A stretch of 64,000 bases of DNA, from positions 1 through 64,000 of IMG/VR virus record IMGVR_UViG_3300023174_000039; one strand, written 5' to 3'. The notes under the pieces were generated by a model that saw only the letters and a list, made by a program, of their open reading frames with translations, was not told the DNA's origin and did not search any database. Position numbers and translations under genes: made by a program. Every line of letters begins with the position of its first letter. Positions within the stretch are counted from its first letter, which is position 1. This document shows, in pieces, positions 9,075-19,441 of this stretch.

Positions 9075-9605
9075 ATGTCAACAACTCATACATCACATCT
9101 TCCAAAACTGCTAATCATCGGCAATGCTCGTCACGGCAAAGACACTGTGTGCGATATTCTGCGTAAAGAATTTGGTTACTCATTCCGTTCAAGCTCGGAC
9201 TTTTGTGCCGAAAAGTTTATCTACAACGAGCTCAAACTCAAGTACGGTTATACCTCCTATGCCCAGTGTTTTGAAGATCGACACAATCACAGAGCTGAGT
9301 GGTACAACATGATTCATGAATACTGTCGAGATGACTATGCTAGATTGGGTAGAGAAATTTTTGCTGAAAATTCTATCTATTGCGGTCTTCGCAACAAGTC
9401 AGAATTCCATGCTATGAAGAATACACAGGTATTTGATTATGCTGTTTGGGTGGATCGTAGCGACCACTTGCCTGTAGAAGATCGTTCAAGTATGAGCTTG
9501 GAAATTTGGATGGCCGACTACGTGATTGACAACAATGGTGGATTACAAGATCTGCGTCGCAATACCTGTGAATTAATGACCGCACTGTTAAAGATCCACA
9601 GATAG
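9075..9605 (+). CDS. Deoxynucleoside monophosphate kinase-like P-loop protein (T4 gp1-like)
   Basis: IIGNARHGKDT Walker A, GLRNKSEF, ADYVIDNNG. Confidence 0.7.
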   Translation: MSTTHTSHLPKLLIIGNARHGKDTVCDILRKEFGYSFRSSSDFCAEKFIYNELKLKYGYTSYAQCFEDRHNHRAEWYNMIHEYCRDDYARLGREIFAENSIYCGLRNKSEFHAMKNTQVFDYAVWVDRSDHLPVEDRSSMSLEIWMADYVIDNNGGLQDLRRNTCELMTALLKIHR

Positions 9606-9932
9606 ATCACCAGGTTTCCAGGGTAACGTGCTCTTAGACACTTCTTCTACGCAATTACGACAAATGCACTTTAGATTTTTGACACTAGTGTTGTTTAAGT
9701 TACCATCAACATGATATACTAGAATCTGACTAGAGTATCGGGCCTTAAACCCGCACTTGTCACACACGAGCTTTTTTTTAAATCCTGCGGCTTCCCATCG
9801 TGGGATTCTTTTTTTCAGCCCACGATGCTTCCTTGCACAACTCTCGCATCTGGTACGATAGTGTGCAACATCGTTACGATAATAGTTAACAGCACAAGGC
9901 AGTTGATTGCATGCTTGACAAATGGGTCTCAT
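9588..9932 (-). CDS. Zn-binding HNH-like endonuclease domain protein
   Basis: Several CxxC pairs and VYHVDGNLNNTSVKNLKCICRNC (degenerate HNH); TAAATA at 9937-9942. Confidence 0.7.
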   Translation of the reverse strand: MRPICQACNQLPCAVNYYRNDVAHYRTRCESCARKHRGLKKRIPRWEAAGFKKKLVCDKCGFKARYSSQILVYHVDGNLNNTSVKNLKCICRNCVEEVSKSTLPWKPGDLSVDL

Positions 9933-9995
9933 ACGGTATTTAGCACCAGGGCCTTTAATAAAGGGTACCGTAACGGCACCTTTTTAGCAGTTATC

Positions 9996-10003
9996 TATAA
10001 ATA
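9996..10003 (+). promoter_or_regulatory. T4-type late promoter TATAAATA
   Basis: Exact consensus upstream of the tail sheath gene. Confidence 0.85.
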
Positions 10004-10027
10004 TTGTATCTTGAAAAGGAATTGACC

Positions 10028-13000
10028 ATGGCTCTAGTATCACCAGGCGTAGAAGTAACAGTAATTGACGAAAGTCAGTATATCCCTTCTGCAGTAAACA
10101 CAGTACCGTATTTTTTAATCGCTACTGCTCAGAACAAAGTAAGCTCTAACGGTGTTACCGTTGCAGCTGGCACATTGGCAGCCAATGCCAATAAGACTTA
10201 TTTAATCACAAGTCAACGAGATTTGGCAGCCACATTTGGCGTGCCATTCTTCTATAAAACAACCACAGGTACCCCAATCAACGGTTACGAACTCAACGAG
10301 TACGGATTGTTGGCTGCATATTCAGCGTTGGGTATCACAAATCGTTGTTATGTGCAACGGGTTGACATTGACCTAACAGAGCTAACTGCTAGTTTGGTTC
10401 GTCCAACAGGCTCTCCTGCCAATGGCGACTACTGGTTAGACACAGGTACTAGTGTATGGGGTATACAAGAATACAACCAAGAAACCAACACGTTCATGGT
10501 TGAAACTCCAATGATTATTACTGATACTGCTGATGTAGTAGATCCAGACACTGATCCTGCCCCGTTGGCCACAATAGGCAGCATTGGTGACTACGCAGTG
10601 GTCACCTGTTCAGGAACTGCTCACAACACAATTTTTTACAAAAACTCCAACAACACTTGGGTTGAACTAGGTAGTGACGCCTGGAAAACATCTTGGCCCA
10701 CTATTGAAGGAACAGCAACTCCTACCAGTCTGACTGCTGCCTCAAGTATGTTTATCAATGACAGTGAAATATTTGTTCCGGCTTCTCCAAATAACACAGT
10801 GGCTGGCTTTGCAGGTGCAATCAATACTGCCTCCATTACCGGTGTTACTGCTGCCGCAGTAAGTGGTAAACTTTACATGTATGCTGATTCAACTGCTACC
10901 AATGATACTTCAACCCTGAATGGTGGTGTAATTTCCATTCAAACAGGGGCTTCAGCAGGCGCCGCATTGTTGACTGCTTTGGGAATTGACACAGGTGAAT
11001 TTAGAGCTCCTAACTATTTGCCATCATACAGTTATCAAGCACCACGTTGGGCAGTTGGGCAAACAGCACCAGCACCAACTGGGTCAGTTTGGAACAACCT
11101 TAGCCCAGCCAACAATGGACTGAGTTTACGAGTCAAGAAATACAGCACATCACTTGGTTCATTTATTACACAAGCATGTCCGGCATACTACTCAGATACT
11201 CAGGCAATTTATGCATTAGACCCAACAGGCGGTGGTAAAAACATTCCAGTTGGCACAACATATGTGTTATATGATGCTGGTTCGTACGGTAACCCGATCC
11301 CAACAGCTGAGTTTGAGATACTAGAAAGATATGCACTGGGTGCCACAATCATCACTGGAAATGTAACTAATCCAGTATTTGCGTCAGGAAACAGTTTTGA
11401 AATCTACGCAACAGAACCTGGCCAACCTGGTAACACATTTGGAACAGCTACCTTAACAGGAACTACACCAAGTGCATTTATCACAGCATTGAGTGCCGCT
11501 GCCATTCCTAATGTAAGTGCAAGCGTCAATAGCTCGGGCGCCCTGGTGATCACACATGCCACTGGTGGATCAGTCACATTGAAAAATATTTCAGGAACTC
11601 CTGTAACAGTAGCTGGATTCACGCCGGCTGTGGAAGGTGTTAGACCTACGCCAAAGCTGGCTGATGCAGTTACTTTGAGCAACTGGGTTGGTGCTCCAAC
11701 ATTCACATATACTGCCAGTAGCACAACACCTGACCAGGATCCAGTGAATGGTCGTTTATGGTATTATAGCACAGTTAGCGATGCTGATATCATGATTCAA
11801 AACAACGGACAATGGATTGGTTATCAAAATTGTACCAACGATGTTCGTGGATTTTCTCTAAATCTTACCAATGCCAGCGGCCCAATTATTGCAGCCACTG
11901 CACCAAAAACACAAAATAACACAGCTTTGTCTCCATTGGTACTGGGTGATTTGTGGATTGACACTAGCGATTTAGAAAATTATCCTAAATTGTATCGCTG
12001 GCAACCAGTTGACGGTGTTAATCAGTGGGTAGAGATTGACACAACTGACCAGGTTACACAAAGTGGTATCTTGTTTGCAGATGCACGTTGGGCACCAAAC
12101 GGCACAACTGATCCTGTAATGGATGCTATTCCCACTATCAACAGTTTGTTGACCAGTAATTATTTAGACCTAGATGCTCCAAATCCAGCACTATATCCAC
12201 AAGGCATGCTGTTGTTTAACACACGTCGCTCAGGATACAATGTCAAGAGTTTCCAGAGCAACTATTTCAATGCAACCAAATACCCAGCAGATCCTTGGGT
12301 AAATGTCACAAGCTACAGCATTGGAAGTTATGTCAGCTATTCAGGAACAAATTACATTTCGTTGCAGAACTTTAATCGTAACAATGTTCCGGGCACAACT
12401 GCATTCTGGACGCCAGTTACACAAACCAGCACATGGTTAACAGCCAGTGGCAACAGAGACACAGGTGCAATGTGGTCAGGTCGTCAAGCACAACGTCAGT
12501 TGGTTGTTCAAGCAATGAAAGCCGGTCTTGATGGTAGCTCAGCGGCACGTGAAGAACAAGCACAATTCAGTTTGATTGCCGCTACTGCTTACCCTGAGTT
12601 GATTCCCAACATGGTTGCACTCAGCAATGAACGCAACAACACATTGTTTGTGGTTGGTGACACACCAATGCGCCTTGAAGGCAACGGCACTGCACTAGCA
12701 GCCTGGGCGACCAACAATGGTGGATTAGGATTCCCAAGTGAGGACGGCTTGTTGACTGCTAGCCAGTACCTGGGTACATTCTGGCCAAGTTGCCAGACCA
12801 CAGACACAACTGGTAACCCAGTGGTGACAGCACCAAGTCACATGATGATGCGTACTATTATCCGCAGTGATGCAGTGAGCTATCCTTGGTTAGCACCTGC
12901 TGGCACACGTCGTGGTGTAGTTGACAATGCTGTTGCAATTGGTTATATTGATGCCATGTCAGGTGAATTCCAGCAGATCAATGTTGGCCAAGGACTACGT

Positions 13001-13426
13001 GATGTGCTGTATGAAAACGATATCAACCCAATCACCTTTATCCCAGGTGTGGGCATTACCAACTTTGGTAACAAGACCACAACCAGTGTTACTAGTGCGC
13101 TGGATCGTATCAACGTATCACGACTGGTTGCGTTCTTGCGTGGCAGACTTGAAGAAATTGGTAAACTGTATCTGTTTGAACCCAATGACGACATCACCCG
13201 CGCTGAAATTACTAACACAGTCAACTCATTGATGATTGACTTGATAGCAAAACGCGGTATCTATGACTACTTGGTGGTTTGTGACTTGAGCAACAATACT
13301 CCAGCACGTATTGATCGCAACGAGTTGTGGGTTGACATTGCTATTGAGCCAGTGAAAGCAGTGGAATTTATCTATATTCCTTTGCGTATCAAGAACACTG
13401 GTGAAATATCAGGACAAGCAGCCTAA
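10028..13426 (+). CDS. gp18: Tail sheath protein with large internal insertion
   Basis: MALVSPGVEVTVIDES, PWLAPAGTRRG, ALDRINVSRL and IEPVKAVEFIYI; start reassigned to the ATG at 10028. Confidence 0.95.
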   Translation: MALVSPGVEVTVIDESQYIPSAVNTVPYFLIATAQNKVSSNGVTVAAGTLAANANKTYLITSQRDLAATFGVPFFYKTTTGTPINGYELNEYGLLAAYSALGITNRCYVQRVDIDLTELTASLVRPTGSPANGDYWLDTGTSVWGIQEYNQETNTFMVETPMIITDTADVVDPDTDPAPLATIGSIGDYAVVTCSGTAHNTIFYKNSNNTWVELGSDAWKTSWPTIEGTATPTSLTAASSMFINDSEIFVPASPNNTVAGFAGAINTASITGVTAAAVSGKLYMYADSTATNDTSTLNGGVISIQTGASAGAALLTALGIDTGEFRAPNYLPSYSYQAPRWAVGQTAPAPTGSVWNNLSPANNGLSLRVKKYSTSLGSFITQACPAYYSDTQAIYALDPTGGGKNIPVGTTYVLYDAGSYGNPIPTAEFEILERYALGATIITGNVTNPVFASGNSFEIYATEPGQPGNTFGTATLTGTTPSAFITALSAAAIPNVSASVNSSGALVITHATGGSVTLKNISGTPVTVAGFTPAVEGVRPTPKLADAVTLSNWVGAPTFTYTASSTTPDQDPVNGRLWYYSTVSDADIMIQNNGQWIGYQNCTNDVRGFSLNLTNASGPIIAATAPKTQNNTALSPLVLGDLWIDTSDLENYPKLYRWQPVDGVNQWVEIDTTDQVTQSGILFADARWAPNGTTDPVMDAIPTINSLLTSNYLDLDAPNPALYPQGMLLFNTRRSGYNVKSFQSNYFNATKYPADPWVNVTSYSIGSYVSYSGTNYISLQNFNRNNVPGTTAFWTPVTQTSTWLTASGNRDTGAMWSGRQAQRQLVVQAMKAGLDGSSAAREEQAQFSLIAATAYPELIPNMVALSNERNNTLFVVGDTPMRLEGNGTALAAWATNNGGLGFPSEDGLLTASQYLGTFWPSCQTTDTTGNPVVTAPSHMMMRTIIRSDAVSYPWLAPAGTRRGVVDNAVAIGYIDAMSGEFQQINVGQGLRDVLYENDINPITFIPGVGITNFGNKTTTSVTSALDRINVSRLVAFLRGRLEEIGKLYLFEPNDDITRAEITNTVNSLMIDLIAKRGIYDYLVVCDLSNNTPARIDRNELWVDIAIEPVKAVEFIYIPLRIKNTGEISGQAA

Positions 13427-13429
13427 TGA

Positions 13430-13459
13430 AATTGGCGGGTGATTTTTCACTCGCCAATT
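13430..13459 (+). terminator. Stem-loop between sheath and tube genes (terminator or processing site), followed by late promoter TAAATA at 13464-13469
   Basis: AATTGGCGGGTGA/TCACTCGCCAATT inverted repeat. Confidence 0.65.
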
Positions 13460-13493
13460 CAACTAAATAAACGTAACAGGAGATACCTACAAA

Positions 13494-14129
13494 ATGTCTA
13501 GTTCATCACTATCAAGAATGTCAGTCCCACTGGGAGGCCAGGCTGATCAGGGCTTGTTGATGCCCAAGCTCAAATATCGCTTCCGCGTATTTTTTGAGAA
13601 CTTTGGCGTGGCAAAACCCACAACAGAATTAACCAAACAAGTAATGACCTTTGCAAGACCTAATTTGAGTTTTGAAGAAGTCACTATTCCAATTTATAAC
13701 TCAACACTGAAGTTGGCCGGTAAACCTACCTGGCAAGACGTTGCCTGCGAAATTCGTGACGACGCCGCTGGTTCAGTTAGCAAGTTAGTTGGCGAGCAAA
13801 TGCAAAAGCAAATGGACTTCTTGGAAATGGCATCAGCCAGTTCTGGTATTGACTACAAGTTCTTGACACGTATTGAAATCCTTGACGGCGGCAACGGTGC
13901 TGCTGATCCAGTGGTTCTTGAGACATGGGAACTGTATGGTTGCTACCTGAAGTCAGCAGACTACGGTCAATTGAGTTATGCCGAAAGTGCAGTTGTTACA
14001 ATTAACTTGGGTATTGCGTATGATAACGCCAACCAAATTCCATCTGGCTCTAACGGTGCTGGTATTGGTGGTGCTATTGGCCGAACATTAGGCGACATTG
14101 TTACAGGTGCCGGCACAACAAACGGCTAA
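13494..14129 (+). CDS. gp19: Tail tube protein
   Basis: PKLKYRFRV, KLAGKPTWQ and WELYGCY; follows the sheath gene. Confidence 0.85.
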   Translation: MSSSSLSRMSVPLGGQADQGLLMPKLKYRFRVFFENFGVAKPTTELTKQVMTFARPNLSFEEVTIPIYNSTLKLAGKPTWQDVACEIRDDAAGSVSKLVGEQMQKQMDFLEMASASSGIDYKFLTRIEILDGGNGAADPVVLETWELYGCYLKSADYGQLSYAESAVVTINLGIAYDNANQIPSGSNGAGIGGAIGRTLGDIVTGAGTTNG

Positions 14130-14135
14130 TAACTA

Positions 14136-15314
14136 ATGTCATTAGCCACATTTGGTCAACAGATTTTTCAAGGATTCACCGCAGTCAATGGACTGCGTGG
14201 ATACAATCATGCCAACAGAGTTTTTACTCCCAATGGATACGAACTAAAGCCACGCTTTAAGTTCCTGTTCCATGTGGCGTTTACAATCAACACTGCACAA
14301 ATTCCTGCCTTGCGCGGTGCACTTGGACTAACTGATATTTCTAACATTAGTCTCCTGGTCAAAACAGTTGATTTGCCCAAGTATACTATCAACACAGAAA
14401 CTCTAAATCAATACAATCGTAAACGTATTATTCAAACCAAGATCAATTATGATCCGGTGAATATCACATTTCACGATGACGGATCAGATTTAATTCGTAA
14501 CATGTGGTACAACTACTACAGTTACTACTACAAAGATGCCAGCCAGAACTATGGCGCCACCAACAGCACCAATGGTAGCATGGGTGCCGAAGGTAACGGA
14601 ACAAACGGATTTGGGTACAGTGGTCGTGACATTTACAATCAAGACCGTATGGGTGGTGTAAACGATTGGGGTTACATAGGCGAAGCAATCAACGACGGCA
14701 CAACCAGTTCCTCGGGCAAGCCTCCATTCTTTACAGACATAAGAATTTTTGGTTTTGATTATCAACACAAATATGCCGAGTATGTGTTGATTAATCCACT
14801 GATTTCAAATTGGAGTCATGACACATACGATTACAGTCAAGGCAATGGCCTTATGCAACACTCAATGACCATTGCATATGAAACTGTGAAGTACAAACAA
14901 GGTGCCCCTAACACACAGGCACCCGGTTTTGCCAATGCCGCACATTATGACACAACACCAAGTCCATTGGCTCGAGTGGGCGGTACATCTACTATTCTTG
15001 GACAAGGCGGATTGATTCAAGCCGCTGGCGGTATTGCTGAAGACCTGCAGTCTGGTTCAGTACTGGGATTGATTGGTGCGGCACAAAAAGCTGGTACACT
15101 GTATAATACATTCAAAGGCAAAAATCTCAAGAGTATTGCAGTGGCAGAAGCTACAGCAATTGGTACACAAGTTATTCAAGGCAGCTTGCCCGGAGCAGTA
15201 AGAAGTGTGGCCAGCAAAGCTGATGGATTTTTCTTTCCAACAGCTACCACGGCTCGCAACCAAGCCACAGTAAATCAAATCAATAAAAATCAACCAGTGG
15301 GCGGTGGTGTATGA
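14136..15314 (+). CDS. Tube-fold baseplate/tail-tube initiator protein (gp48/gp54-like)
   Basis: VKTVDLPK and YDPVNITFHDD tube-like motifs; follows gp19. Confidence 0.6.
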   Translation: MSLATFGQQIFQGFTAVNGLRGYNHANRVFTPNGYELKPRFKFLFHVAFTINTAQIPALRGALGLTDISNISLLVKTVDLPKYTINTETLNQYNRKRIIQTKINYDPVNITFHDDGSDLIRNMWYNYYSYYYKDASQNYGATNSTNGSMGAEGNGTNGFGYSGRDIYNQDRMGGVNDWGYIGEAINDGTTSSSGKPPFFTDIRIFGFDYQHKYAEYVLINPLISNWSHDTYDYSQGNGLMQHSMTIAYETVKYKQGAPNTQAPGFANAAHYDTTPSPLARVGGTSTILGQGGLIQAAGGIAEDLQSGSVLGLIGAAQKAGTLYNTFKGKNLKSIAVAEATAIGTQVIQGSLPGAVRSVASKADGFFFPTATTARNQATVNQINKNQPVGGGV

Positions 15315-15667
15315 GCACGGTAAATTACGCAAATTACAAAAAAGATCTCACAGTACGTGTGTTTGACAGTTTTTACAACTATGACACCAATGTTCCTGCA
15401 GAAGAATATGATATTGTGTATTCATACTTTTCCAGTGTCATGCCCAAAAAAGCCGCAGGAAATTTTACTGTGAGTTTGTTTAGAGTAGCAGAAGACACCA
15501 ATATCCCTGCACTGACACTATTGCAGGTCATGCAGGGTCAAACTGGGTTGAATCTAAATGCCAGTCTAGCTTACTACCTGAATATGATTCGTAGCAGAGC
15601 TACACTTCTTGGTATCAATGCCAGTTCAACACCCAATCAATACGCCGCACGTTTGGTAATACAATGA
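15311..15667 (+). CDS. Hypothetical protein (tail/head operon)
   Basis: ATGA-coupled to neighbours on both sides. Confidence 0.75.
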   Translation: MSTVNYANYKKDLTVRVFDSFYNYDTNVPAEEYDIVYSYFSSVMPKKAAGNFTVSLFRVAEDTNIPALTLLQVMQGQTGLNLNASLAYYLNMIRSRATLLGINASSTPNQYAARLVIQ

Positions 15668-16095
15668 GTCGTTGGGCACAAGGTCAATACATAGTGCAAA
15701 ACCCTTCTAAATATGTGGGTCGAGGCACACCTCGTTATAGATCTGGATGGGAACACAGCTTCATGCGTTTTTGCGACACCAACGACAATGTGTTGCAATG
15801 GGCCAGCGAAAGCATTGCCATACCTTACATGAATCCAGTAACAGGCAAAAAAAGCAACTATGTGCCTGACTTCTTGATCACTTATCGTCAAAAGGATAAC
15901 ACTGTCAAGGCCGAGCTGATTGAGATCAAACCAAAAAAGCAAAGTGTTATTGAAAGCAAAATGAGCAGCCGTGACCGTGCTGTGGTAGCAGTTAACTATG
16001 CCAAATGGGGCGCCGCCCAGAAGTGGTGCGCCCGCCAAGGACTTACCTTTAGAGTGATCACCGAAAACGATATGTTTTCCAATGGTCGTAATTGA
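15664..16095 (+). CDS. gp4: Head completion nuclease (T4 gp4, TnsA-like)
   Basis: NPSKYVG, YRSGWE, WASE, YVPDF, IEIKP, NYAKW and FRVITE. Confidence 0.9.
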   Translation: MSRWAQGQYIVQNPSKYVGRGTPRYRSGWEHSFMRFCDTNDNVLQWASESIAIPYMNPVTGKKSNYVPDFLITYRQKDNTVKAELIEIKPKKQSVIESKMSSRDRAVVAVNYAKWGAAQKWCARQGLTFRVITENDMFSNGRN

Positions 16096-16110
16096 TCCAT
16101 AAATATCCGC

Positions 16111-16599
16111 ATGACGCGGAAATTAGAAGACCTTTTTGACTTACCCTCTTCGGTTGAAATTGAAACCAAAGACGACGCCCCCACCATTGAAGAAGCACAA
16201 ACACAACTGGCTGCAATAGACATAGCCATTGACAAGATTGACACAGCATTGCCTGCTGTTAAAGATCTAAGTGCCAGTGACACTGAGATGGACGAACTAG
16301 CAAACTTGGCAAAAGACAGCTATAAAGATCTCATGGATCTTGGCATGCAAGTAGATTCACGCTTTGCCAGCGAGATATTCAATGTAGCAGGCACTATGTT
16401 AGGCCATGCTATCACTGCTAAAACAGCCAAAATGAACAAGAAACTCAAGGTTATTGATCTACAGTTGAAGAAAATGCGACTGGATCAACAAACGCCAGCC
16501 GACGAACAAATAGCCACAGCACAAGGTCAAGTGTTGAATCGCAACGATTTATTGGAACGTTTACTTAAAGGTAAAGACCAAAATAACGGAAAAGTATAA
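16111..16599 (+). CDS. Putative terminase small subunit
   Basis: Helical 162-aa protein with central two-helix and coiled-coil pattern, late promoter 16100-16105, upstream of terL; weak motif evidence. Confidence 0.45.
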   Translation: MTRKLEDLFDLPSSVEIETKDDAPTIEEAQTQLAAIDIAIDKIDTALPAVKDLSASDTEMDELANLAKDSYKDLMDLGMQVDSRFASEIFNVAGTMLGHAITAKTAKMNKKLKVIDLQLKKMRLDQQTPADEQIATAQGQVLNRNDLLERLLKGKDQNNGKV

Positions 16600-16619
16600 A
16601 TATACAATAGGATACTGAC

Positions 16620-17228
16620 ATGAAACCATTTGCAAAATATCTATTAGAAAGTGACCGCACTTATGCGTATCGCATCAAAGTAGTGGGCGATATACCCAAG
16701 GACTTCTTCAAACAGTTTGAAGAAAAACTCAGCCAATTTGACATTGCTAAAATGTCAACTCCAAAGAGTACTCCGGTACGTGCTGTGATCCCTGACTTCC
16801 CTGCTTTCCCCAATCAATCTGTAACACGAGTTGATGTAGAGTTCAAGTATCCTGCTATTGAACCACAGATCAAACAGATTGCTAGATTACTGGGACTAGA
16901 TGAAAATCGTATTGTGATGATGACCACACCATACGAAGAAAGTCTAGACACTGAGTCAGTCAAGATTACTGACCAAAACAAAGACCTGTTGGATGATCCT
17001 GATTATCCTGCAGATGACAAATTGCAAAAGAATCTCAAGAAAGACTATTCAGCAGAGCCACACAACCATGTGGTCTTAAAGAATGCCTATCGTTCAAACT
17101 TTTCAGTGGCTGGTGGAAAAACACCTGCTGCTAAGACCTCTAATGATTTGCCAATGGGAACCAAAAGCCCAATGACCAACGTAAAGAGACCACCCAAGCC
17201 TGCTACCGGCGCACAACCAAGAGGATAA
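16620..17228 (+). CDS. Probable internal head protein
   Basis: TATAAATA 16595-16602; N-terminus MKPFAKYLLE resembles a T4 capsid-targeting/cleavage sequence. Confidence 0.6.
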   Translation: MKPFAKYLLESDRTYAYRIKVVGDIPKDFFKQFEEKLSQFDIAKMSTPKSTPVRAVIPDFPAFPNQSVTRVDVEFKYPAIEPQIKQIARLLGLDENRIVMMTTPYEESLDTESVKITDQNKDLLDDPDYPADDKLQKNLKKDYSAEPHNHVVLKNAYRSNFSVAGGKTPAAKTSNDLPMGTKSPMTNVKRPPKPATGAQPRG

Positions 17229-17232
17229 TCCA

Positions 17233-19263
17233 ATGACATTTTTCTATGACTTAAACAAACGCCTGGCTGCTGTTAATGACGCACCAGAATCCAAACAACT
17301 CAACGAGCGCGACATGAGCCGTGCTGCCAAGGGTTACGAAAAATACGGCAAAGAAGGCATGGAAGCATTGGCCAAAGCTGGCCGCGAAGGCAAATCTTTG
17401 GATCCTGTTCGTAAAAAATACGACAAGTATGACAACAAAGAAGTTGATGAAGGTGCATATCAAGGCGGTCCAGACAAGAGTCAGATTCCTGCAGTGAATC
17501 GCCCTGGTAACAGAATGACCCTACAAGATCTTGACAAGGAACGCACACAGAGTCCTACAAGTCCTGAAGGATTAAAACGTGCTCAACAACGTCTGGGTCA
17601 ACAACATCCTATCAAAGAAAAAATGAATCCTGCCAAGCAAAAATCTTTTGCTGCCTTGGCACCCCCAAAAGACAAAATTACATTTGCTGATAAAATTGCT
17701 GGTGCCAAAAAAGAAGTTGACGAAATGCTAGGCGATGTTGCCGCAGAAGCAATGAAATCTGCACTGAGTGGCGGTCAAAAGAAACTTGACAAGAACGACA
17801 ATGGCAAACTAGATGCCAATGACTTTGCTATGCTACGCAAAGGTGGTAAGAAACCCACAGCTGAGGACGATGATAAAAATCCGTTTACAAACTTCAAAAA
17901 ATCACGTGCTGACAAACCACGTGTGGGAGATGTAGAGCATGGATCCAAACACGATATCACTCACACTGCTACAGGTCGGAAGGTAATACGTCGTGCAGAT
18001 GACCAAGGTATTTCGGTTGGGTCAGACACTGACGATGAAGGCAATCAACACGAAAAACGCAGCCGTGGTCGTCCAAAGGGTCCTGCCAAGGGCACAGAAC
18101 GTGTGACCGGTAAAGCTACCAAACACAAAGGTGAGCGCGAGAAAAAAGGATCCGCTGGGTCAGTGTCTGATTCTGGCAAGGCTTTGCAAGGATTTATGAT
18201 TGGTAACAAACCTAACAAGCCTGTGGGTAAAGTAAGTGTTAGCCACAAGATGAAAGAAGGCGATGCCGACCCAACCAACAATGATTCAGGGGAACTAAAA
18301 GCAGCCATGGCTCTGTTGAAGAAAGCCGGCTACAAAGTCAGCAAAGGTGAACAAGAGCTGGACGAAAAAGCAGTAAGCAAAAAGCAACAAAAGTTCATGG
18401 GCATGGTTCATGCAACACAAAAGGGAGAAAAAGCTCCTAGCAAAGAAGTTGCCAAAGTTGCCAAGTCAATGAAAAAGGGCGATGCAGAAGATTTTGCAAG
18501 TACCAAGCACAAAGGTCTGCCAGAAAAGGCTTCCAAGAAAAAAGAAAAAACTGAAGAAGCAGGCGGAACAGGAACTCCTACAGCAAGCAGTGGCTTTGGC
18601 TACGGCAAAGGCATTTACGACAGTTTAAATCGTGACGTTGAAAACGCTATTAACGAATCAATGCAACAACTGAGTGAGTCAATGAGTGTTAACATGAGTG
18701 ACTCGTCTGAAGGCGGCAAGAGCCTGACTATCACTGCCACTGACGAAGATGCATTAAAGTTGGCAACATTGTTGAAGTCAGCAGGACTGGGTGGCGGAGA
18801 CGCACATGATGCATATAGTCATGATGAAGGTTGTTCATCATGTGGTCAATCACCATGTGGTTGTGAAGAAGTAGAAATTGACGAAGTTTCTATGAACGAA
18901 CCTGACTATCCTACCAACACAGAAACTGGCAGCTCAATGCAGTACAGTGGTGGACTAGATGGTCCTAAGTCAACTGGACAATCAACCCTAACAGGCGGCG
19001 GCATACCAAACTTAGATCCAGACCGTCAAGACAGTTATGCTGACGTTGAAGAAGATGCCATCAAGCGCATGATGGAAATGGCTGGTATTAAAAAAGTTGA
19101 TGAAGACGATGTGGAAGAAGGCAACAAGTTCACTGCAGGTCTAGCCGACGATGATATCAAAGTTGGAGAAAAAATTCCTGGAACCAATGCTGTAAAGAAA
19201 AAAGACATTGACGAAGGCATTTTGGCCAGCACTCGTGCTTTGTGGAAAAAATACCAGGAGTAA
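17233..19263 (+). CDS. Low-complexity modular prohead core/internal protein
   Basis: K/E/D/G-rich with many [LIV]xE sites; EF-hand-like DKNDNGKLDANDF, AT-hook RGRP, DUF3008-like KAVSKKQQKFMG...DFASTKHKGLPEK. Confidence 0.7.
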   Translation: MTFFYDLNKRLAAVNDAPESKQLNERDMSRAAKGYEKYGKEGMEALAKAGREGKSLDPVRKKYDKYDNKEVDEGAYQGGPDKSQIPAVNRPGNRMTLQDLDKERTQSPTSPEGLKRAQQRLGQQHPIKEKMNPAKQKSFAALAPPKDKITFADKIAGAKKEVDEMLGDVAAEAMKSALSGGQKKLDKNDNGKLDANDFAMLRKGGKKPTAEDDDKNPFTNFKKSRADKPRVGDVEHGSKHDITHTATGRKVIRRADDQGISVGSDTDDEGNQHEKRSRGRPKGPAKGTERVTGKATKHKGEREKKGSAGSVSDSGKALQGFMIGNKPNKPVGKVSVSHKMKEGDADPTNNDSGELKAAMALLKKAGYKVSKGEQELDEKAVSKKQQKFMGMVHATQKGEKAPSKEVAKVAKSMKKGDAEDFASTKHKGLPEKASKKKEKTEEAGGTGTPTASSGFGYGKGIYDSLNRDVENAINESMQQLSESMSVNMSDSSEGGKSLTITATDEDALKLATLLKSAGLGGGDAHDAYSHDEGCSSCGQSPCGCEEVEIDEVSMNEPDYPTNTETGSSMQYSGGLDGPKSTGQSTLTGGGIPNLDPDRQDSYADVEEDAIKRMMEMAGIKKVDEDDVEEGNKFTAGLADDDIKVGEKIPGTNAVKKKDIDEGILASTRALWKKYQE

Positions 19264-19267
19264 CATC

Positions 19268-19441
19268 ATGAAACTTTATACAGAAGTAGCAACTGAATTG
19301 GCCAATCGCCAGGCAAATGCGTACACGCCACCTAGTATCCCACAAGTCAAACAGACTGCTGTGGAAATTCCTGGAGTGATGTATCAAGCCCGTGAGTTGT
19401 TTCAGCCCGTGGTCAGTCAACCCAACCAGGACAAGAAATAA
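19268..19441 (+). CDS. Small hypothetical protein
   Basis: AGGAG RBS before MKLYTEV; TAATG coupling to the next gene. Confidence 0.6.
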   Translation: MKLYTEVATELANRQANAYTPPSIPQVKQTAVEIPGVMYQARELFQPVVSQPNQDKK

